Counted from the stretch's first letter, positions 8,606-15,933 are shown. The stretch is DNA of 50,299 bases from Candidatus Woesearchaeota archaeon (GCA_964549155.1 CAZJUG010000002.1:1-50299); one strand, 5' to 3'. Notes: generated by a model from the sequence alone, not told the origin. Translations and numbers: made by a program.

Positions 8606-9721
8606 ATGCCTATGAAGAAAGATTCTCTAAAAGCTTATGAAACGGATGCCTCCCAGCTTAGTGGAATCACCGAAAAAGTTCTTCAACCAGAGAATATTCA
8701 AGAGCTTCAGGAATTCATAAAAAAAAATGATAAGATTACTATTAGGGGGGGAGGAACAGGTCTTGCAGGAGGAGCAGTCCCACAAAAAGAAGCAGTATTA
8801 GACATATCAAAATTAGATAAAATATCTGAATTTAGCTTATCAAAAAGAACAATCATTGTAGAAGCAGGAGTAATATTAGACGACCTACAAGACTATTTGT
8901 CTAAAACAAACCTAGAACTTCCAATAAACCCCTCCTCCCATTCAATATGCACAATTGGAGGAATGATATCTACGAATGCTGTGGGAAGTAGAGCATTAAA
9001 ATACGGAAAAACCTCTGATTGGATTTTGTGGTTAGATGTAGTGGATTCAGAAGGAAAAATAGAAAGGAAAAATAAATCAGAATTGATGGATTTCGCAGGA
9101 ATGGAAGGGACCACAGGAGTAATTGTTAGGGCCTGTCTAAAACTATCAGAAAAGAAAAATAGATTTCCAGAAATAATGGAATTTGGAGATTTAAACAGAA
9201 TTATAAAAAAAGTGAAAGAACTCAAACAAGAGTCCGATGTAAGTAGCATAGAATTTCTAGACAAACAAGTTTCTAAACTAATTGGACTGAAAGAAGAATA
9301 TCACCTTTTCATTGAAAGAGAAACTTTAGAAAATTCAAAAGTAGATAGAAGGATTTATGAAAAAAGAGATAGTGTATACCCCAAACTTGCGGAAGAAGGA
9401 TTTACAAGAATTGAAGATCCAAAAGTAATGTTAGATAAAACCATCCCCCTACTTGAATGGCTAGAAGATAGAAGAATCCCCACATATGGACATATCTCTG
9501 TAGGGATATTACACCCTTGCTTTTCAGAGGAACAAAAGAAATCAATTCCAGAAATGATGAAGCTAGTAAAAAAATTAAACGGACAAATAACAGGGGAGCA
9601 TGGCATAGGAATTCTGAAAAAGGAATTTGTTGACCAAAATGACAAAAAAATACTGATTAACATAAAGAAAAGACTTGATCCCTCAAATAAATTTAATCCC
9701 GGAAAGATAATAGATGGTTAA
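8606..9721 (+). CDS. FAD-binding oxidoreductase (GlcD / D-lactate dehydrogenase family)
   Basis: FAD_binding_4-type motif ITIRGGGTGLAGGAVP. The C-terminal GEHGIGILKKEF is typical of GlcD-like oxidases. Confidence 0.8.
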   Translation: MPMKKDSLKAYETDASQLSGITEKVLQPENIQELQEFIKKNDKITIRGGGTGLAGGAVPQKEAVLDISKLDKISEFSLSKRTIIVEAGVILDDLQDYLSKTNLELPINPSSHSICTIGGMISTNAVGSRALKYGKTSDWILWLDVVDSEGKIERKNKSELMDFAGMEGTTGVIVRACLKLSEKKNRFPEIMEFGDLNRIIKKVKELKQESDVSSIEFLDKQVSKLIGLKEEYHLFIERETLENSKVDRRIYEKRDSVYPKLAEEGFTRIEDPKVMLDKTIPLLEWLEDRRIPTYGHISVGILHPCFSEEQKKSIPEMMKLVKKLNGQITGEHGIGILKKEFVDQNDKKILINIKKRLDPSNKFNPGKIIDG

Positions 9722-10751
9722 GGTGAATCAAGAACAAGCAAAAGAATTTCTAGAAACTATAAATAAGGAAGATTCCATAACTATATTCTGTCACACAGAC
9801 CTAGATGGTTTTGCATCCGGAGTCTTATTCTATGATTTTTGTATTTCAAAAGGATGTAAGTACATTGAAGTTCACCCAATAGATTATGGCCTAAGCAAAA
9901 TTTTGGATTTTGACCTGACAAAGACAAATAGGATACTTATTGCAGATCTTGCACCTGCAATGGTAATAGAAGATATTAAGAAAGTTTCTTCAAGTATAAA
10001 AGTTTTTTATACAGACCACCACCCAGAAGAGAAAGGATCAAATCTCCCAAAAAACATATTGGAACTTAGAACAACTAAAGAAGGATATATCCCCTCCTCA
10101 AGAACAGTTTATGAATTATGTGGGGGGAAGAAATGGTTAGCAATTGCAGGAGTTATATCTGATTTTGGAGATGAATATGACATAAATAAGGACTTTATAG
10201 AATCCTTTTTAAAGGAAAGTGGGAAATCACTGGATTACATTAAAAAAGATATTACATACACTATTTCCAGAGCAATAATATACTTTGAAAAACATACAGA
10301 GTCTAATTTTTTTGATATGTTAAAAGACATAGAATATATGGAAGATGTAAATCCTGCCCTCAATAATTTAGAAAAACCTGTAAAAGAAGAATTTGAAAAA
10401 TGCTTAGAAGATTTTAAAAAGAATTCTGAAAAGATGGGCAAAATAAATTTTTACTACTTTAAACCAGAATACAATATAAAAAGTTTTATCATTAACTTTA
10501 TCTCCTCAAGGAATAAAAAAGAGATTTATATATTCGCAACCCCAAAAACAGATGTATTAATAGGATTATCTGCAAGAAACCAATCTAAGGAATATGATGT
10601 ATCAAAATTGCTACATGGATGTCTTGAAGGAATTACAGGAGGCTCTGCAGGAGGACATAAAGAAGCTGCAGGAGGACAAATTCCTAAAAAAGAACTAGAA
10701 AAATTTAAACAAAATCTAAGAAAATATGACATAGAGAAAGCAAAAAGATGA
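9714..10751 (+). CDS. DHH/DHHA1 family phosphoesterase (NrnA/RecJ-like)
   Basis: Motifs FCHTDLDGFASG, IADLA, YTDHHPEE (DHH) and GGHKEAAGG (DHHA1 GGGH). Overlaps the upstream stop (9714-9721) and the downstream start (ATGA at 10748). Confidence 0.8.
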   Translation: MVKVNQEQAKEFLETINKEDSITIFCHTDLDGFASGVLFYDFCISKGCKYIEVHPIDYGLSKILDFDLTKTNRILIADLAPAMVIEDIKKVSSSIKVFYTDHHPEEKGSNLPKNILELRTTKEGYIPSSRTVYELCGGKKWLAIAGVISDFGDEYDINKDFIESFLKESGKSLDYIKKDITYTISRAIIYFEKHTESNFFDMLKDIEYMEDVNPALNNLEKPVKEEFEKCLEDFKKNSEKMGKINFYYFKPEYNIKSFIINFISSRNKKEIYIFATPKTDVLIGLSARNQSKEYDVSKLLHGCLEGITGGSAGGHKEAAGGQIPKKELEKFKQNLRKYDIEKAKR

Positions 10752-11152
10752 AAGATAAAAAACCCTCAAAACAACAAAAGATTGAAAGTATGAATGCATT
10801 AGAAGAAGCATCAGAACTATTAGAAAAATGTATAAAATGTGGGATGTGTAAAAGTCTATGTCCTGTCTTTAAGATTCTAAAAGAAGAAGAAGTCTCGCCA
10901 AGAGGACATTCAATACTTTTAACAAATAAGATTCTTCAAGAAAGTATTTTTCAATGTAATCTCTGTAAAGCTTGTGAAAGAAAATGTCCACTGAACCTGA
11001 AGATATGTGATGCAATCGTAAAAGCAAGAGAATCTTTGTCATTAGAAGAGAAAAATATAAAAACAAACAAAGAAATGATTGAAAATGTAAGAAAATCCGG
11101 CAACCCTTTTGGAGGAAAAAAGCCTACTGGGGACAAATTGTATTGTTGTTAA
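10748..11152 (+). CDS. 4Fe-4S dicluster domain protein (GlcF/HdrD N-terminal-like)
   Basis: Two CxxCxxCxxxCP motifs: CIKCGMCKSLCP and CNLCKACERKCP. Confidence 0.7.
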   Translation: MKDKKPSKQQKIESMNALEEASELLEKCIKCGMCKSLCPVFKILKEEEVSPRGHSILLTNKILQESIFQCNLCKACERKCPLNLKICDAIVKARESLSLEEKNIKTNKEMIENVRKSGNPFGGKKPTGDKLYCC

Positions 11153-11212
11153 ACGGAATTTCTTAGTTTTTGCATTGATAATGTTTAAAAACTTCATTTT
11201 CCTCAGATTAAC

Positions 11213-13201
11213 ATGAAAAATAATTATATTTTGCCCCTCCTATTAATGCTCCTAATCAGTATGACTTCAGCGAGTATAACCATTTCCCAACCAGAGAGTA
11301 TATATAATTTAGGAGATACTATTTATACCACAATAACAATAAACCCTTCAGAAATCGAAGGAAACTTTGAGCTTAACCTTATCTGTGGAAACTCGTCAGA
11401 AACATTTTATAAAATATCTCCTGCGGAAAGTGCATTCACAATCAATCAAGAAACTAAAATAAATCACAAGATAATTTTAGAAAAACAGTACTTGGGAGAT
11501 TTAATCGGGGAATGTCAAATAAGAGTAAATCTTGGAGAGACCATTGCTAATACAGACAAGTTTAGGATAAGCTCAGATATTAGTGTAACCGCTACATTAG
11601 ATAATGAATTTTATGATCCTGGAGAAACAATTACTCTTAATATAGATGCAACTAAACCAAATGGGAAAAAACTAGAAGGATTTGTTAAAATAACAGGATT
11701 AGTTAATGTAGAAAGACAAATAATTGATGGGAAGATTAAAGAAACAGTTGTAACAGATAAAAACCTGGAAGGAGGAGAATACATTTTAACATTATCCGTT
11801 TTTGATAAAGATAAAAATGGAAATATTTTAAATTTGAAGAATACAGAAGTTAATTTTAAAATTAATCAGATTGCTACCTCAGTACCATTGACACTAGCAT
11901 CATTAGAAACTAATCCTGGAGAAAAAATTGAATTTCAAGCAGATATATTTGACCAATCTGGAAATGTAATGGAAGGGTCAATTTTAGTAGAATTCATCTC
12001 ATCTATAAAAGAGAAAATTCAACTGAATGTCCAATCTGGAGAAACAGGTTCAATAGAACTAGCGAAAAATGCAACTGCAGGAAACTGGAAAATTTATTCT
12101 TCATATGGAAAAATTAAAGAAGAAAGAACTATCAAGGTGAACAGTGTCCCATTATTGGATTTTAATTTTTTAGAAAATTCTTCAGTTCTAGTAATAAAAA
12201 ACATTGGAAATGCAGATTTTATAGGTACAGTTAATATAGAAATAAGTGATGAATCTAAGAATCTATCCCTTAACATAAAACCTGGAGAAGAAAGAATGTT
12301 TACCCTTTCGGCACCTACAGGAGAACATGATATAAGAGTAGAGGGTGGAGAAGGAATGTTAGAAAAAAGACTTCTTTTGACTGGGAAAGCAATTGATATA
12401 AAAGACTACGGAAAATTTTTAGTTTTCTCAGAATATCCTGCAGTTTGGTCAATCATTATAACCTTAATAATTCTTCTTGGAATAGCAATCTTTTTTAGAT
12501 ATAATAAAAAAACATTTGGACTAAGCAGAAAGTTCAAGGAAAAAATATCTAAAATGAGAGATATGAAAAGTGATTCTTCTGGAGAACAAATAATAGACAA
12601 GGAAAAAAGATCAAACTTGAATAGTGCAGAAGCCTCCCTAGTAATCAAAGGAACAAAAGAACCCTCCACAATAATCACATTGAAGATAAAAAATGAACCA
12701 AAACAATTTGTAAGAGATAATTTAGAGAAAAACCTAAAAGAACTTGCAGAGAAAAATAGTGCTGCAATAGATTTTACAAAAGGAGAAATATTTATTATAT
12801 TCTCTCCAAGAAAAACAAGAAGTTATAAGAATGAATACAGTGCAATAAAATTTGCCCTAGAATTAAAGTCATTAATACAAGAGTCTAACAGAAAGTTTAA
12901 TGATAGAATAGAATTTGGAATAGGAATAAACTCAGGAGATTTGATATCTGCTATCGAAAAAGAAAAGTTAAAGTATACTGGAATTGACGGAACAATCTCT
13001 TATTCTAAAAAAATAGCAGATATATCTAACCAAGAAGTAATAATTTCAGAGAAGGTGAAAAACAAACTTTTGAGAGAGTTGAGGACTGAAAAAATAGAAC
13101 AATCAGGGAATACATATTATAAGGTATTGAGAATCTCAGAGAGAGAAGAAAATCAAGAAAAACTTAAAGACCTATTGAAAAGAACTCATTTAGATAACTA
13201 A
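11213..13201 (+). CDS. Single-pass receptor-like protein: extracellular Ig-like region plus a cytoplasmic degenerate class III nucleotidyl cyclase homology domain
   Basis: Signal-like N-terminus and a TM segment (AVWSIIITLIILLGIAIFF). The C-terminus aligns to the class III cyclase consensus: IEFGIGINSGDLISAIEKEKLKYTGIDGTISYSKKIADISNQEVIISEKV versus riGihtGpvvaGviG....YdvwGdtVNlAsRme......I.vSe. The two metal-binding Asp positions are not conserved. Confidence 0.6.
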   Translation: MKNNYILPLLLMLLISMTSASITISQPESIYNLGDTIYTTITINPSEIEGNFELNLICGNSSETFYKISPAESAFTINQETKINHKIILEKQYLGDLIGECQIRVNLGETIANTDKFRISSDISVTATLDNEFYDPGETITLNIDATKPNGKKLEGFVKITGLVNVERQIIDGKIKETVVTDKNLEGGEYILTLSVFDKDKNGNILNLKNTEVNFKINQIATSVPLTLASLETNPGEKIEFQADIFDQSGNVMEGSILVEFISSIKEKIQLNVQSGETGSIELAKNATAGNWKIYSSYGKIKEERTIKVNSVPLLDFNFLENSSVLVIKNIGNADFIGTVNIEISDESKNLSLNIKPGEERMFTLSAPTGEHDIRVEGGEGMLEKRLLLTGKAIDIKDYGKFLVFSEYPAVWSIIITLIILLGIAIFFRYNKKTFGLSRKFKEKISKMRDMKSDSSGEQIIDKEKRSNLNSAEASLVIKGTKEPSTIITLKIKNEPKQFVRDNLEKNLKELAEKNSAAIDFTKGEIFIIFSPRKTRSYKNEYSAIKFALELKSLIQESNRKFNDRIEFGIGINSGDLISAIEKEKLKYTGIDGTISYSKKIADISNQEVIISEKVKNKLLRELRTEKIEQSGNTYYKVLRISEREENQEKLKDLLKRTHLDN

Positions 13202-15072
13202 CTTTCTAGATTAAATTCTCCAAACTCTTTTTTCAGAATATTTAGGGCATTGAGGTCTATAGAAACATTTTTATTCTTATGTTCAGCTAAGGCAGAATTC
13301 AAATCATCTAAATTTGATTTAGCTAAAGAATCTTTAGAAACCTTAAGAACAACTCCTTTCTCAACAACAAATGTATTTTTCAAAAAGAAAACTTCTGCTT
13401 GTCTATCCGCAGTCTTTATCATAAATCTAGTTCTGTCCAATGAAAGCATCTCGCATCTTTGATTGTGCTCAATTAAAATATTTATAATTTCGTTTCCAAG
13501 CTTTCTTGCCTGATCAACCTCATTAATCTCCTTACCAGTCATTAAATCAACCTTCTTCTTATCTTTGTCTTTCTTAGAAGATTTCTTACCCTTTTGTTCT
13601 AAAACTTCTTTTTTCACCTTAGCAACAAACTCTAAGTTATCTAAAAGTTTCTTGGGAAACTTTCCTGTTTTAATCATTTGTTTTTCAAATTCTGAAATAA
13701 TCTCTTTTTCTTCTTTCTTTCCAAACAGAGCACCGACCATTCCAAATACATCATCATAAACCTTCCTTACAGAATTTTCCTGAACACGAGTTTCTATTTG
13801 TTTCCTCAGCTCTTTTAATCTTTTAATATAGTCTAAGGATTTTTTATACAGACTGTCTAACTCTGTTCCAGTAATTTTCTTAATCTTTCCATGTTCATAC
13901 CCCTTAAAATATTTTATAACTACTTCATGTAAGATATCTGCATATTTTTGTTCTATGAGCTTTTCCTTTTTAACTAAAACCTCTTGGAAAATCTCCACAG
14001 TTTCCTTATGGGTTGGAGGAGCAAGGCCATATAACATAAGAACACCTTGAGTTGGTGTAAGAATCCCCCAATAGATATCCATCATTACAATGTCCATTAA
14101 CCTTCTGTCAACATTCTCTCCAAGCTTATCTCCTGAAGACATAAAGATGTCTAAAGCTTCTGGACTCGGCTTGATTTTACCCATTCTCAAAAGCTGTTTC
14201 CATGGTAAAAATGCTCCTCTATCATATAATGGAATCCCATCTCGAATAAATGTAAACATTACAGGATGAGCATCCTTTACAGCCTCCCAAAATTCAGTCA
14301 AGAGATATGTTTGAACATTGAGGATATTCTTTACACCTGCAAGAGCTGTCGCTTCTTGAATATATTGAAAAATTATAGACCTTAATTTTTCTTTCAATTC
14401 TAATCTAGGCATTCTCTTTACATCTGTATCATCAATAACTACAAAGATATCCACATCAGAAGTTGGCTTTGCTTCTCCCCTTGCCAATGAACCCCCGAAT
14501 ACATAAGAAGTTACATATTTCTCAAACTTTTTCAAAACTAGAGACTTATGAATCTGAGCAACCCTTATCCCTCCAAGGATTCCCTTATCCAATATGGGAT
14601 AAGACATAGCTAAGGCTTCTGCAATGTCAAATTTAGAATCAAGACAGAGGTTCCACATATCTACAGGAGTCATTAAATGAACCCAGATCTTGTCATCCAT
14701 CTTCTTAGCAATTTTTATCAGTTCCAACTTTATCTTCTGAATCTCCTTAAATTTTTCCTCAGGAATGATAGTTAAAACATGGATTAAACCTCTTTTGACA
14801 TCTGCTTCAGAAATCTCATACTCTTCCTCAATCTTTTTGTTGGCCTGTTGTGGAACCAAACCAATTGCTTCAATGAATTTGAATTGTTTTGTCGCTTCTT
14901 TTTTAAATTTCTCTAAGTCTTCCTTAATTTTATCCATCTTCTTTTGCATTTCACTTTCTAAAGGATTACTTATTGGAAGACTCCCTAACTTAGACTTAGG
15001 AACATAACTCTCAGAAATATTTTGTTCAACAGAATCATTTTGCTTATTCCTTTGCTTCTCTTCTGAAACCAT
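13198..15072 (-). CDS. Large Pol-beta superfamily nucleotidyltransferase domain protein
   Basis: Central motif FGGSLARGEAKPTSDVDIFVVIDD (GS-x9-12-D-x-D) followed by a long helical Lys-rich region. The track start at 15081 is TTG; the first ATG is at 15072. Its stop overlaps the stop of the convergent gene. Confidence 0.65.
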   Translation of the reverse strand: MVSEEKQRNKQNDSVEQNISESYVPKSKLGSLPISNPLESEMQKKMDKIKEDLEKFKKEATKQFKFIEAIGLVPQQANKKIEEEYEISEADVKRGLIHVLTIIPEEKFKEIQKIKLELIKIAKKMDDKIWVHLMTPVDMWNLCLDSKFDIAEALAMSYPILDKGILGGIRVAQIHKSLVLKKFEKYVTSYVFGGSLARGEAKPTSDVDIFVVIDDTDVKRMPRLELKEKLRSIIFQYIQEATALAGVKNILNVQTYLLTEFWEAVKDAHPVMFTFIRDGIPLYDRGAFLPWKQLLRMGKIKPSPEALDIFMSSGDKLGENVDRRLMDIVMMDIYWGILTPTQGVLMLYGLAPPTHKETVEIFQEVLVKKEKLIEQKYADILHEVVIKYFKGYEHGKIKKITGTELDSLYKKSLDYIKRLKELRKQIETRVQENSVRKVYDDVFGMVGALFGKKEEKEIISEFEKQMIKTGKFPKKLLDNLEFVAKVKKEVLEQKGKKSSKKDKDKKKVDLMTGKEINEVDQARKLGNEIINILIEHNQRCEMLSLDRTRFMIKTADRQAEVFFLKNTFVVEKGVVLKVSKDSLAKSNLDDLNSALAEHKNKNVSIDLNALNILKKEFGEFNLES

Positions 15073-15171
15073 AACTACCAAAAACTAAAGGGCTTTATAA
15101 AGTTTCGGTTTAAAATACACGGAAGGTCCTTGAAAATCGTCCTCTACAATTGAGAATGAGATTTGCTTATA

Positions 15172-15191
15172 TGTGCGGACCGGGAATCGAA
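15172..15191 (-). other. Orphan tRNA 3'-end fragment (T-loop, 3' T-stem strand, 3' acceptor strand)
   Basis: Minus strand reads TTCGATTCCCGGTCCGCACA. This is 19/20 identical to the 3' end of the adjacent tRNA-Gly (TTCGATTCCCGGTCCGCGCA). No matching 5' T-stem strand (YYGGG) or 5' acceptor strand (GTGYGGR) was found upstream. Confidence 0.45.
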
Positions 15192-15287
15192 GTCCATAGC
15201 TAATCCATTTAGCGAGGAGACAGAAATTTTCTTAATTTCTGTATCTGAAATTCTACCTCCTAGAATGAGGGGTGAGATTCATGTTTA

Positions 15288-15442
15288 TGCGCGGACCGGG
15301 AATCGAACCCGGGTCACAACCTTCTTACGCTTCTCGATTTCCTCCTCGAGAACGAACTTAGTTCTTTCGGTTAGGAGGAGCCTTTCTTTCTAAGAAAGAG
15401 AGTTCTTGGCAAGGTCGTATTCTACCATTTAACCATCCACGC
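15288..15442 (-). tRNA. tRNA-Gly(GCC) with an 84-nt intron at the canonical 37/38 position (intron 15323-15406)
   Basis: Hand fold: acceptor GCGTGGA/TCCGCGC, D-arm GTTA-AATGGTA-GAAT, anticodon stem CGACC/GGTTG, loop TTGCCAA, variable TGAC, T-arm CCGGG-TTCGATT-CCCGG, discriminator A. The mature length is 71 nt. Confidence 0.8.
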
Positions 15443-15512
15443 ATGAAACTAATATAAACCAAGGGTTTAAAAGAGTAACTTTTTAAAGGTCCAACTTTTA
15501 ACTTACTTATCA

Positions 15513-15597
15513 GGGCCCATAAGCTACAGAAAATTCCCCATTTTCTGTCTGTCCAACTTCAAAATCCAAGAAGTTAGACATAATGGTAGACTCTCTC
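15513..15597 (+). pseudogene. Second copy of the 5' part of tRNA-Val (positions 1 to about 30), interrupted by a 56-nt insert in the D-loop
   Basis: 15513-15526 GGGCCCATAAGCTA matches 15650-15663 at 13/14 positions. 15583-15597 ATGGTAGACTCTCTC is identical to 15664-15678. The insert 15527-15582 contains two hairpins. Whether it is a pseudogene, an alternative 5' half or an intron-bearing exon is unresolved. Confidence 0.5.
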
Positions 15598-15649
15598 ATT
15601 CTTTATTAATGTTAAACTTTAAAAAGCAAGAATCCCAAGCTCATTTATT

Positions 15650-15720
15650 GGGCTCATAAGCTAATGGTAGACTCTCTCGTTTACACCGAGATGGCGCAGG
15701 TTCGATTCCTGCTGGGCCCA
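15650..15720 (+). tRNA. tRNA-Val(UAC)
   Basis: Hand fold: acceptor GGGCTCA/TGGGCCC (one U-G pair), D-arm AGCT-AATGGTA-GACT, anticodon stem TCTCG/CGAGA, loop TTTACAC, T-arm GCAGG-TTCGATT-CCTGC, discriminator A. Confidence 0.85.
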
Positions 15721-15725
15721 TTAAC

Positions 15726-15749
15726 ATATCTCCCAAGAAGAGATGTTTT
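15726..15749 (+). terminator. Hairpin plus T-run immediately after tRNA-Val
   Basis: ATATCTC-ccaagaa-GAGATGT followed by TTTTATT. Confidence 0.4.
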
Positions 15750-15933
15750 ATTCCATCAGAAATTGAATGTTAGGGTTTGATTCCCTTCAACCATTTGTAT
15801 AAAAGATTGAAGTTTCCAAAATTGCTATACGATTTTTAGGACTGCTGAGTCCATTAACATATCGAACGAAGTAAAATACAATTTGAGACAGCTCAACAAT
15901 TAGATTTATAAACCAATTTTTCAAGTCATTAAT

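Noticed and set aside
15172-15287. A complete second tRNA gene downstream of tRNA-Gly
   Set aside because: I could not build a cloverleaf. No GGG is available for the 5' T-stem strand, no GTGYGGR is available for the 5' acceptor strand, and the tRNA-like hairpins are in the wrong order even allowing introns or circular permutation. I kept it only as a fragment observation.
15163-15393. Plus-strand ORF 15163-15393 and minus-strand ORF 15787-15993
   Set aside because: The first spans the antisense of tRNA-Gly and the tRNA fragment. The second spans the rpl35ae promoter and start. Neither is credible as a coding sequence.
15771-15793. T-arm-like TAGGGTTTGATTCCCTTCAACCA as a further tRNA
   Set aside because: No matching acceptor 5' strand, D-arm or anticodon arm lies upstream. 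It is likely debris or chance.
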